NCBI RefSeq assembly: GCF_006345805.1
Contig: NW_021826620.1
Coordinates: forward strand, 1 to 12,312
Length of the DNA stretch: 12,312 nucleotides
Direction of reading: 5' to 3'
Source: Octopus sinensis
Taxonomy: Eukaryota
Below the pieces are notes generated by a model. The model worked only from the letters and a program-made list of their open reading frames with translations. It was not told where the DNA came from and made no database searches. Of the stretch, positions 1 to 10,916 are shown piece by piece. Position 1 is the stretch's first letter. Each line of letters opens with the position of its first letter. Position numbers and translations under genes: made by a program.

Positions 1-102
1 GATAGATAGATAGATAGACAGAACGACAGACAGACAGGAGACAGACAGACGACAGATAGATAGATAGATAGTAGACAGACAGACAGACAGACAACAGATA
101 GA

Positions 103-146
<44 letters not shown>

Positions 147-159
147 TAGATAGATAGAC

Positions 160-220
<61 letters not shown>
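1..220. repeat. (GATA)n/(GACA)n tetranucleotide microsatellite
   Basis: Direct reading: near-continuous GATA/GACA units. Confidence 0.98.
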
Positions 221-221
<1 letters not shown>

Positions 222-237
222 CTTACTCAGATATGCC

Positions 238-259
238 TATGTATATATACATATATCCC

Positions 260-290
<31 letters not shown>

Positions 291-410
291 ATGTATGTAT
301 GTATGTATGTAAGTATGTATTTGCATATATCTGAATCTTCGTACATTTACATATGTTCCTATGAACGCATGCACAAAAACAAACACACACACACACACAC
401 ACACACATAC
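238..410. repeat. Compound (TA)n/(TG)n/(TATG)n/(CA)n microsatellites
   Basis: Direct reading; explains the three low-complexity ORFs at 237-482. Confidence 0.9.
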
Positions 411-1016
411 TTGCACACATCCGTATATATCCGCATGGAACATTACTTATACATGACACAACCCTCCCAAACAGTCATCTAATAATGATGATGTATTACC
501 CTCTTCATACCCGCAAAAACAGCCACCCAGCTAATGACAAACCTTTACGAACCACTCGAAACCTCCACCGCTTTTCCACTACCAATATCTCCACGCTCAC
601 GCTCTTCCCTCCACCGCAACTAAACCAGATTCAACCGTAATTCACCAGCATTAGCTTTTATAACATATACGTAATTACATATGCACAACTGTATTATTTT
701 AAAATATGCGCTAATACATACATACTTAGCATGTTTCTATGCTTATAAAATATTTAAGAATTTGCCATATGTTCATTATAAAGTAATTTAGCGCATAAAC
801 TAACTTTTAACGTGAACAATATGTGTCGACACCCACACAACTGAACTGAGGAGAGAGGCTTTTGGTAGCCGATTGACCCACTGGAAATAACAGTGAGGTC
901 CTACTCGAACTGGAATAAGAAGACTGGGTGAAGTGGGGTTTTGACGCAGAGGATTTTGCATGATTAACTGGACATTCAGTCTGTTTTGGCCACAGTAGTT
1001 TTAGGAGCTGGAGGTA

Positions 1017-1020
<4 letters not shown>

Positions 1021-1058
<38 letters not shown>

Positions 1059-1115
1059 CTCACTCTCTCTCACACACACACACACTCACACACACACACA
1101 CTCACACACACACAC
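1021..1115. repeat. (CT)n-(CA)n compound microsatellite
   Basis: Direct reading. Confidence 0.95.
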
Positions 1116-1159
1116 AGGAGGCGCGCAGAATATACACATAAAAATGGAAGGAGCGAGAG

Positions 1160-1297
1160 TTAGTTAGATAAATAGATAGATAGATAGATAGAAAGATACA
1201 GATAGATAGATTGATAGATAGATAATGAGATAGATAGGTAGACAGATAGATAGATAGAAAGATATAGATAGATCGATAGATATATAGATAGATAGAC

Positions 1298-1370
<73 letters not shown>
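1160..1370. repeat. (GATA)n microsatellite forming the 3' flank/tail of the minus-strand LINE copy
   Basis: GATA array abuts AGTTTCTTTATTGG at 1371. Confidence 0.97.
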
Positions 1371-1371
<1 letters not shown>

Positions 1372-1779
1372 GTTTCTTTATTGGCCACACAGGGCTGCAC
1401 ACAGATGGGACAAGTTACAAGGTAGAGCTTTTCTTTTGGGGGATGAAGAGAACAAAAAACAAAAGAAAAAAAAGGGGGGTGGCGTAGGTTTTCGATCAAG
1501 AGGGATCGTAAAAGGGAAGAAAAGAACAAAAACAAAAACAAAAAATTGAATAAAATAAAAAGAATAAAAAGAAAAAAAAAGAAAAGGAAAAGGAACAAAA
1601 AAGGAAAGAGAAATGAAAAAAAAAGAAGAAAAAAGGACGAAAAAAAAGGAAGAGGGAAAGGAAAAAAAAGAACGATCAATAGGGATCGTGTATCACAGTG
1701 TTATGATATATGGTGTAAAGGGGAAAGCAGTAAGGTTTATCCGTGGGAGAAAAGCACCTACGAAAAAGACACGGTAACC
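1371..1779 (-). mobile_element. Severely 5'-truncated Tx1/L1-type LINE copy (3'UTR only), embedded in a GATA array
   Basis: Reverse complement aligns to 3284-3539 (GGTTACCGTG...GATAAACCT...GATCCCTATTGATCG...CCAAAAGAAAAG...CAGCCCT...CCAATAAAGAAAC). AATAAA at 1377-1382 (-). Carries an extra ~155-nt T-rich expansion (1515-1670). Confidence 0.9.
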
Positions 1780-1803
1780 TAGATAGATATAAGATAGATA
1801 GAT

Positions 1804-1847
<44 letters not shown>

Positions 1848-1850
1848 GGG
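1780..1850. repeat. (GATA)n microsatellite between the two LINE copies
   Basis: Direct reading. Confidence 0.95.
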
Positions 1851-1879
1851 AGAGATAGAGAGAAATTACAGCTTATTAA

Positions 1880-3212
1880 TTGAACACGACACTGAAAGAC
1901 TACGAAGCGGTAACAGGAGCGAAAATCAACCGGGAAAAGTCAGTGAGAGAAGCAAATCCATGCCGTCCACTAGCGCCTCCGTCGTGGGACGCTGGACCGA
2001 CGGTCCGTTCGAGTTGCTCGGGGTCTGGTTTTGTACGGATCTCTAAACGGAGAACTAGAACGAGATAACGAGTAGGGTGGTCACTCTCGCCCGGCAATGG
2101 GCCGAGAGGAAGCTGTCCCTAAAAGGTCGGGCGGAGGTGGTGAACACGTACATCGCGTCCGTCATCTACTGCCGCCTGATCGTCGTGCCTTGTCTCGACC
2201 CTACCATCAACAAACTAGAACACATTCTCTTCCGCTTCTTGCGGAAAGGATGCGTTCCGATGGTCAGGCGATCCGTTTGCTGCCAACATCCGTTAAAAGG
2301 AGGGTTGGGTATGCTGTGGGTGATGATGCGCAGACACGCGCTGAGACTGCGATATTTCCGGCCCTACGTAGACGACGGTGAACAGCTGTGGTCGCCGTTT
2401 GTGAGGCACGCTTTCCCACAGCTCGTCTCCTTGACCGAACTGCAGTCGTAGATCAAAAAGAGGCAGAGGAAGGGCGAATGGCACCGCGAGTATTGCGTTG
2501 CTCTCAAGCAACCATGCCGTCCCGGGTCGAGCAACTATGCCGTCCTCTTGAGCGACTTCAACACAACCAAAGCATTCTAAAGGGGATTAGTGGAGGGGAG
2601 GTACGACGACGATCTCGGGGCGAACCTGGGCATCGATGAGAAATATCTGACCCGCATGTTCAAGACGACTTTCGGGCCGGGACCTATGGACAACTTCCAG
2701 AGATCCCTGGTCTGGTCTGGTAGTGCTATCGAGAAGCGCTACCCGTTCGGGATAAGCTCTACAGGCATGGCTCGAGAAACACGGGGCCGACCTGTCCGAG
2801 ATGCGGCCAGAGTGACGAAACCGTCCTGCACGCACTCGTACAGTGTCCAACCATTTCCGACCTGTGAGCCTATGTCGAACGACTGCTGTCACGTGGGGGA
2901 CGAGTCGGTTTATCAACCGAGTCTATCGTCAATATTGTCGCGCCTTCTTCCTTGAAACGGAAAGGAAGAGCCATTTTCATCGTACTTGTGGCTATGGCGA
3001 AAGAATGTCTATGGTGGACGCGTCTGAAAGGACTAGAGACAAACACTTTCCTCTCTGGTGAATCTCTCATCAACTTCTTCAAGTATCACTTGAAGAGGAA
3101 GGTGAGAGTAGAGAGGGAAGTTTTGTCTAGTGAATGTTTGAAAAAATGATGGGTGAATGTAGCAAGGATGGCACGTGTGAATGACAGAGCCACCTTGAGC
3201 ATAATCCTATGA
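1880..3212 (+). pseudogene. Disrupted LINE ORF2: RT C-terminus/thumb plus C-terminal CCHC zinc knuckle (zf-RVT-like)
   Basis: Hand translation gives YEAVTGAKINREKS, ELLGVWF, WAERKLSLKGRAEVVNTYIAS, LFRFL..HPLKGGLG and CPRCGQSDETVLHALVQC (C-x2-C-x8-H-x4-C, 2793-2846), all typical of L1/Tx1 ORF2. Frameshifts near 1945 and at a TCTGG duplication (2716-2720); several in-frame stops (e.g. 2449, 2578, 3147). Probable native stop TGA at 3210-3212. Confidence 0.9.
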
Positions 3213-3539
3213 ACCCCAAAAAAGAAGGGAAAGAAGAGTCACTTACTGTAATGCGTTTCCTTGCATGACATTATTGCCCCCGTGGTTACCGTGGTCTTTT
3301 CCATAGGCTTTTCTTTCCACAGATAAACCTAATCTGTTTCCCTTTTTACACTATGACATTTCTGTTATACATGATCCCTATTGATCGGCCTTTTTTTAAC
3401 GATTCCTTTTGATCGAATTTCTACCCCTCCATCTTTTCTTCGTTTTCTTTTTTTTTCCTTCTTCTCTTCCCCAAAAGAAAAGTTCTACTATGTATTTTGT
3501 TCCCTCTGCGTTCAGCCCTTTGTGACCAATAAAGAAACA
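1880..3539 (+). mobile_element. 5'-truncated non-LTR retrotransposon, L1 superfamily (Tx1-like)
   Basis: ORF2 remnant 1880-3212, 3'UTR 3213-3539, AATAAA at 3528-3533, then a (TATC)n tract. Confidence 0.9.
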
Positions 3540-3720
<181 letters not shown>

Positions 3721-3998
3721 CTTTCATTCTTACTTTTTTTTTCTTTCTGGGTTGTTCCCATAATTTAATAACCCTGCCTCATCACACTGACTCAGGTTGA
3801 TTCTACCTGAAAAGTGCATTTAAGATAAGCATCCTTGCGAAATACTCAACCACTCAAACAATGATTTCATAAATATGAAATCAAGTGGTCGAAAAACCTA
3901 AATGCTCATCATTGAGAATGACGGAGAACCCCTCTCCTCCCCACAGTCTCCATTTTCTTTCAATATGTGAAATATATATAAATAGCACAAAACATTTT

Positions 3999-4005
3999 TG
4001 CTGCT

Positions 4006-4039
<34 letters not shown>

Positions 4040-4130
4040 CTGTTGTTGTTGTTATTGTCGTAATAGTTGTTGTTGTTGTTGTTATTGTTGTTGTTGTTGC
4101 TGCTGTCGTTGTTGTTATTGTTTTTGTTTT
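3999..4130. repeat. (TGT/TGC)n trinucleotide microsatellite
   Basis: Direct reading; source of the poly-Cys ORF. Confidence 0.95.
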
Positions 4131-4511
4131 GTTTAATTTATTCTAGAGAAGAAAAAATTCTCAGGTTTGATGCTATTGTTAAAAAGTGAGTAGGCAGTGT
4201 TTTCCTCTGTAGCACTTCCGGTAAAATTTCTTCTTAAAAGAAACGTTTTTGTTCTAGCTGGCATTAGTGCCATTTCGTTGGAACCGTCTGTCTAACCTAA
4301 CTATTTTCGTTCATCTCCACCTTCCTTGCCGTATTTATGGTTCGGAAGCGAATGCTTCTTGCTGCGAGACTCGGAGAACTGTGCGACGTAATGGAGGAAA
4401 TATAAGCACGCGCTCTTTTGCAGTGATGTTTAATAAATGCTAAAGTTGGGCTGTGAAGGGAAATTTATTTCTGGCTGACAGTAACAAAGAGAACTCGCCA
4501 GACGGTGGCGG

Positions 4512-4576
4512 CACCACCACCACCACCATCAGCAACAAGAACAAGAACAACAACAGCAACAGCAGCAGCAGTAGCA
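4512..4576. repeat. Compound CAC/CAA/CAG trinucleotide repeat
   Basis: Direct reading. Confidence 0.85.
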
Positions 4577-5624
4577 GACAAGAAGCATCTGCCACGTGTA
4601 CACTTCATTTATGTGCAAAGATTTATCTAACAATTATGATAGAAAAAATAGATAGGGAAGAGAGAAGTGATGAAATTATTAAAGAATTCCAAAAAGAAAA
4701 ACAGAATGGGTGGAACATAAAAAAAAGGAAGAAAAGAAGGAGGGAAGAAAGAAAGAAGGAAGGAAAGAATGGCAACTATAGAAAATGAAGGTTGAGTAAG
4801 AGAAGAAAGATAATGTGAATGAAAAGTAATTGAGGAGAAACAAAATGGAAAGAAACGAATAGAGACGCGAAGAAATATACCAAGGTGTAGTTCAAGAAGA
4901 AGAAATAAGGAAATAATTGTGGAAAAAAAGAGAAGAGGAAGGAGAGACAGAAATGAAGCTGAGCCAAAATAAGAAACAAAAATTAAAGAAAGAAAAATTT
5001 GACAAAAGTAGTGACTAAAGAATTTAAGAAAAGAATGAAATGAAGAATTTATGAATGGGTTAAAGAATTTAAAAAACGGTTAATATAAAAGAGTGTTAAG
5101 AAATTATTATAAGAGATTTGAAGAAAGAAGCAAAAGTACAAAGAGCGAAAAAATAATTTTAGGAATATTACAAGGAATGGTAAACTCCAAAGAAATATAA
5201 AAAGAAACTGTTTTTTTGCTTTGTTTTGTTGTTGTTTTACACTCGGCCCCTTCCTTTTTCAGGTGTCTTTGAGATTGATTTGAAGAAAAAAGGAAGATAT
5301 CTTCAGACAAGAAGAATGTTGAACAGAATTAAGTTCTATTAAAGACATTCAAGAACGAGACGGTGCTATCAAGCCTCCCATCATTTCCTCGTCTGCGCAA
5401 AAGACTGTAGGTCCCACGCAGAACTAAAAACCCACGTTCAAGTTTCAGTCGTCATGCAGATAAGTCGGTCAACCTGTTGGCTGATCTATCGTAGAGCGAT
5501 AGATCGACCTATAGGTGTGTGTGTGTGTGTATTTAGAGAGATTTCACAAAAATACAAAAGACGAAGACAGATGGTGTAGACAACAAACAGATGTATTAGT
5601 TTAACGCTCGAGAAGTAAAAAAGT

Positions 5625-5660
5625 CTTTAACATTTCGAGCCTACGCTCTTCCACAGGAAG
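5625..5660 (-). ncRNA. Degenerate minimal hammerhead-like motif (family A)
   Basis: CUUC-CUGUGGA-A-GAGC(GUAG)GCUC-GAAA-UG-UU-AAAG; non-canonical core. Confidence 0.45.
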
Positions 5661-6173
5661 GAACACAGAAAGAAACAAGGAAAGAAAATAAAGAATGTGA
5701 AGGTGTGAAAATGTGGTTCTGGGAAGTGGTCAGTGCGGGTGTGTGCGTGGTGATGTGTTGTGATATGATGTGTTGTGTGGCATGGTGGTGTATGATGTAG
5801 TGGTGCGTGGCGTGGTGTAATGGTGTTGGGAGGTGGGGAAGCGGGGAAGCGGGTGAGGTGGTGGGAGGCGAGTGTGTGGAAAGCAAGGGTGGGGTGTGGG
5901 TTAGGCTGAGGGTGGGGGTAGAGGTGTGGTATATGGAAGTGGGTGTAAGGTATAGGGTGGGGTGGGGTGGGGAAGGATAGGGAAAGTGGAATGTGTAGGG
6001 ATGGGGTGGGCTTACGATGGAGGGTTGACGATGAAGGAGGGAAGGAGAAAGTGGGTTGGAGTGAAGAGAAGAGAGGAAAGTAGGAGTGAAGAGAAGAAGA
6101 ATGAGTCGGGGCAAGAGAGGAGAGGTAGGTGGGAGGAAGTAGGTGTGAGGGGAAGAGAGGCGAGGGGAGGAGG

Positions 6174-6306
6174 TTAGATGAAGAGGAGAGGAGAGTTGAG
6201 CCCATGTGGCGCAAAGAAGCGAAGAGAGACGATTGATCCATCCCTGTTCACGGCGCAAACGGGAGTCCTGATAGCCCCTGTGCAAGGACAATCCGAACAC
6301 GGACAG
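6174..6306 (-). pseudogene. C-terminal fragment of a Penelope GIY-YIG endonuclease
   Basis: LSVFGLSLHRGYQDSRLRREQGWI, then (after a 4-nt AATC insertion) VSLRFFAPHGLNSPLLFI*. Matches the R..RE..WI..L....P.GLN end motif of PLE ORFs. Confidence 0.8.
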
Positions 6307-6310
6307 TGGG

Positions 6311-6585
6311 GTACAAAATAGTACCAACATTGCTAGAAACAAGAGTAAAACAACGACTCAATTAGCCACAAAAAGCACTTAGCTTAATAAGCTGTCGAAA
6401 GAGAGGGAGGGAGCGAGAAAGCTACGTACCGTAGTGATAAAAGGCTCACAAGTGAAGAAGCAGATATATCCATATCACGTGATTTCAAACACTGATCTTA
6501 GTTCTCGTCAGTGTATCTTACTGCGCCTAGGCTTAAGCACATTACCTGCAGGTTTTAATTGCTAATGGATCACCTACATTATATT
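6311..6585 (-). mobile_element. Probable Penelope-type terminal repeat fragment (second family) carrying a hammerhead ribozyme
   Basis: Non-coding segment between a TA tract and the truncated GIY-YIG ORF; contains the motif at 6468-6516. Confidence 0.55.
6468..6516 (-). ncRNA. Type I hammerhead ribozyme with palindromic helix III (family B)
   Basis: AUACA-CUGACGA-GAAC(UAAGAUCAGU)GUUU-GAAA-UCACGUGA-UA^-UGGAU. Canonical core, palindrome AUCACGUGAU, one helix I mismatch. Confidence 0.75.
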
Positions 6586-6650
6586 TATGTATATATATAT
6601 ATATATATATAGATATATATATATATATATATAATATATATAGATATATA
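6586..6650. repeat. (TA)n microsatellite
   Basis: Direct reading. Confidence 0.95.
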
Positions 6651-6833
6651 TTAGACAAAATTGAGATAACAAAGCTAAGGCTGTGAGGAGTTTTCAGATT
6701 TATAAGAGATATATAGTCTTACAGCTGTTTCTGTGATATTATGGATATCCCTTTATCATAGACGATGTGAGATGGTTAAATAGAGGTAAATATTTGAGAT
6801 CCACTGTTTGGGTCTTCTAGATACCAACGCCTC

Positions 6834-6835
<2 letters not shown>
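6651..6835 (-). mobile_element. Probable Penelope-type terminal repeat fragment (third family) with a decayed hammerhead
   Basis: Unique segment between TA and TG tracts; contains the motif at 6716-6763. Confidence 0.5.
6716..6763 (-). ncRNA. Decayed type I hammerhead with palindromic helix III (family C)
   Basis: GUCU-AUGAUAA-A-GGGAUAU(CCAUA)AUAUCAC-A-GAAA-CAGCUG-UA^-AGAC. Helix I perfect, palindrome ACAGCUGU, core has two changes from CUGAUGA. Confidence 0.6.
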
Positions 6836-6875
<40 letters not shown>

Positions 6876-6918
6876 ATATATATACACACATATATACATA
6901 TATGTATATATATATATG
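6836..6918. repeat. (TG)n/(TA)n microsatellites
   Basis: Direct reading. Confidence 0.93.
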
Positions 6919-6920
6919 CT

Positions 6921-7168
6921 ATGATAGATCGTTAGCCACTACACACATTTTTCTCTCTCCTTTTTTCTCTCCCTTTTCCTCCTTGTTTCTCTCCTTGTTT
7001 TTTTTCTCCTTGTTTCTCTCGTTTTTTTTTCTGTGTCCCTTTCTATAGAAGAGCGTAGGCTCGAAACGTAAAAGACTTTTTCTATTCCTGAGCGTTATAC
7101 TAATACGTCTGTTTATTTTGTACACCACCTGTCTTCGTCTTTTGTTTATTTCGTAAACTCTCCCTATA
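6921..7168 (+). mobile_element. Short Penelope-derived repeat (family A), copy 2
   Basis: Near-identical to 9680-9868 and homologous to the reverse complement of 5531-5700. Hammerhead-like motif at 7039-7074; ends CTCCC(TA)n. Confidence 0.8.
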
Positions 7169-7332
7169 TATATAATATACATATATGTATATATGTGTGT
7201 ATATATATATGCAAAAACACATACATGCAGACATACACACACATACGCGCGCACATATTAGTTACAACGATTCAATATAAACTAGGCACTGCAATATGGA
7301 GGATGTTGCCCCAGTCCAATGAGCTTGCAAAA

Positions 7333-8415
<1,083 letters not shown>

Positions 8416-8820
8416 AGTAACCTACACCCATTCACTCATACGTTCACAACCTCACACATTCATTAACACACATTAACCAAGATTCTTCAGAATGTTATGT
8501 TTACTAAAGATCTCATTCTCAACATACAAACTCGTAGACCAATTTTTCTTGCCATCAAACAAACCAATGAAAATATCTCGCTGCCATAAAAATAATCCAG
8601 CAGAAAATGAAAAAACTGCTCCGTTAATGAGAATATCTTATACTTTTATGGTCGCCATTGATTTTATTACACTCCGAAGTTTGCCGAAGCTTGACGAGAA
8701 TTGACGAGGCTTGCTAAGGTTTATTTGTATTTGCAACGGTGAGCAAAGTTTGTGTATGCGTTATGGGGAAACTTGGATATTTTCTGTTTGCGTTGTTAGG
8801 CCTTCTGTTATACGTAAACA

Positions 8821-8940
8821 CGTGTGTGTGCGTGTGTATGTGTGTGTGTGTGAGTGTGTGTGCGTGTGTGTGTGTGAATGTGTGTGTGTATGTGTGTGTG
8901 TAGAGAGAGAATGAGAGAGAGTGAGAGAGAGAGAGAGATA
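8821..8940. repeat. (TG)n-(GA)n compound microsatellite
   Basis: Direct reading. Confidence 0.95.
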
Positions 8941-9000
8941 CGCGTATAAGTGTGAATCGATGCCTGCATACGTTCCCCTATGTTTATTCATTTGCTAAAG

Positions 9001-9022
9001 TATATATACTTATGTATATTTA

Positions 9023-9075
<53 letters not shown>

Positions 9076-9089
9076 TATATATATATTAC

Positions 9090-9129
<40 letters not shown>

Positions 9130-9149
9130 ATATATATATATATTGTATA

Positions 9150-9180
<31 letters not shown>

Positions 9181-9251
9181 GTATATATAGATATTTTATT
9201 ACATATATATATATGTATATATATGTAGATGTATATATATATGTATATGTA

Positions 9252-9292
<41 letters not shown>
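9001..9292. repeat. Long interrupted (TA)n tract
   Basis: Direct reading; source of the YI-repeat ORFs. Confidence 0.97.
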
Positions 9293-9296
<4 letters not shown>

Positions 9297-9372
9297 CCTC
9301 TGCTCATATAAACTTAAATACCTGTGTATTTGCATCTTTACTTTTCTGTGTTTGCGTGTAGACAGAACAGGG

Positions 9373-9437
9373 TGAGAGAGAGAGAGAAAGAGAGAGAAAG
9401 ATAAATAGACAGATAGAGAGAGAGAGAGAGAAAGAGA
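9373..9437. repeat. (GA)n-rich tract
   Basis: Direct reading. Confidence 0.9.
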
Positions 9438-9679
9438 TGGAGTGGGATCAGTATTTTCCTTTCATCGTTGTTTAAAAAAAGTCCGAGCAGTATTTTACAC
9501 ACGTGTAAAACATCGTAAAGGAAAGTTTAAACTATCGTTGGAACGGCAATACTTGCAATTTTTCAGTGGGTAAATCTTTACAACTGGTTATCTAAGTATA
9601 TTTGAAGTTTGAATACTCCTTAAAGATTTAAATGTTTTGAATGGTTCTTCCAATTGTGTACCTGCATGAATCAGTCGGC

Positions 9680-9868
9680 ATGATAGATCGTTAGCCACTA
9701 CACACATTTTTTTTCTCTCCTTGTTTCTCTCCTTGTTTTTTCTGTGTCCCTTTCTGTAGAAGAGCGTAGACTCGAAACGTAAAAGACTTTTTCTATTCCT
9801 GAACGTTATACTAATACATCTGTTTATTTTGTACACCACCTGTCTTCGTCTTTTGTAAACTCTCCCTA
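9680..9868 (+). mobile_element. Short Penelope-derived repeat (family A), copy 3
   Basis: Same start (ATGATAGATCGTTAGCCACTAC) and end (CTCCCTATA) as 6921-7168. Hammerhead-like motif at 9750-9785. Confidence 0.8.
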
Positions 9869-9875
9869 TATATAT

Positions 9876-9990
9876 GTTGGCCTGCTCGCTTAGCCAGCGG
9901 GGTGGCGTCATTTGAAGGCTAAAACAATGCGAAGTGCATTATGACCAGCGATGTGTAGCAACATCTGATAGCCTGGTCGGTCAGGGTGAT
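9876..9990 (+). mobile_element. Probable SINE 3' fragment
   Basis: GC-richer island between two TA tracts; resembles an octopus interspersed repeat from memory only. Confidence 0.45.
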
Positions 9991-10219
9991 ATATATATAT
10001 ATATATATAAATGTGTGTGTGCCTCTGTGTATCTATGTCTGTGAGTGCCTGCATGCCTTTTTGAAAGTATATTTGGTTGTACATTCATCGGAAGTACAAG
10101 CAAAGCAGTATAGGGTCGTTCGATCTGATAATACATAACAGCCAAATTGCCCTTGAAGATGTAAGAATCCATGAAATTTCATGAAATTTCAGGTAATTGA
10201 ATTCTAGGTACACTATATT

Positions 10220-10590
10220 AAATAATATTAATGCATCTCTGATCACGCGCAGGGTTAGTGGGGGGGGGGCACCATAGCCATGCTTTGAGAGGAATTCTTC
10301 TTTGAGGTTTCAATAATTCATCTCTTGGAATATTGGTGTTTCGCTCATCGTCGTTAAACAATTCTTATTCAGGATTCTTTTGAGCGAGATGAGCAACTCG
10401 ACCTGAAGTAAATTCTGATTGGACTCTACCTGCAAGGTCATGCGCTAATTATCTTGAAATGAGATCACCATGTCGCGCACATGTAAGTTGTGATACATGT
10501 GTCAGTCGGGAAATCATGAGGGGTATATTGGGCTCGTGTATATTTGTACCCCAGTGTCATTTTGATGGCATGCACTGCGCTCCTACTCAC
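10220..10590 (+). mobile_element. Probable interspersed retroposon 3' fragment
   Basis: Abruptly truncates the left unit of the tandem array at ~10590; resembles an octopus repeat from memory. Class uncertain. Confidence 0.4.
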
Positions 10591-10863
10591 ACCGATGAAC
10601 CTAAACGATGTACGAACTCTTGTTAATAGGAATCAGTGCACAAATTATTTCCTGATGGATGTTGATATCTGTCGAACTGATAATTCTTGAGGTACAAGTA
10701 AAGCAGCGACAATCTAAACAAAAGCGTATCCGTTCATTCTTTATCCGTTCTGGTAGATACGAAAATGAACATGCTCATATTTGTAGTTATTCATCAACGG
10801 AGAACACCTCCTCCGTAAAGATGATGTATATCCATAACATGCTCGATTTACCGGTGTAAGGGG

Positions 10864-10916
10864 ACTTTCAGACACGACACTGTTTCGACCTTATTGCGTG
10901 TCTCCTCGGTGAAAGC
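10864..10916 (-). ncRNA. Type I hammerhead ribozyme (family D), copy 1
   Basis: GCUUUCA-CCGAGGA-GAC(ACGCAAUAAG)GUC-GAAA-CA(GUGUCG)UG-UC^-UGAAAGU. All three helices present, GUC cleavage triplet, single core change U4C. Confidence 0.75.

Larger units (their letters stand above)
5531..6306 (-). mobile_element. Penelope-like element 3' portion: endonuclease C-terminus, C-rich 3'UTR and terminal (pLTR-like) repeat with a hammerhead-like motif
   Basis: GIY-YIG C-terminal remnant at 6306-6174. Terminal segment 5531-5700 is the reverse complement of the repeats at 6921-7168 and 9680-9868. Confidence 0.8.

Noticed and set aside
846-915. CTGAGGA-GAG...CTC-GAAC as a hammerhead
   Set aside because: GAAC instead of GAAA, and no helix III/UH/helix I closure found.
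237-1782. ORFs rich in VC/YI/HT/LSIY/K repeats
   Set aside because: Translations of microsatellites and A-rich tracts; no coding signal.
1371-3539. Inverted arms as TIRs of a DNA transposon or a twin-priming product
   Set aside because: Both arms are LINE 3' termini with poly(A) signals, they are clearly diverged, and there is no transposase or TSD.
3885-4136. Poly-cysteine ORF (metallothionein/keratin-associated look-alike)
   Set aside because: It is a (TGT/TGC)n microsatellite.
5627-6342. 204-aa and 233-aa Pro/His/Ser-rich ORFs as genes
   Set aside because: Mostly stop-poor C-rich 3'UTR; only 6174-6306 is a genuine coding remnant.
8952-9335. Tyr/Ile-rich ORFs on both strands
   Set aside because: (TA)n tract artefacts.
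10172-10191. 20-bp palindrome (TGAAATTTCA)x2
   Set aside because: Simple tandem duplication of an AT-rich 10-mer with no supporting context.
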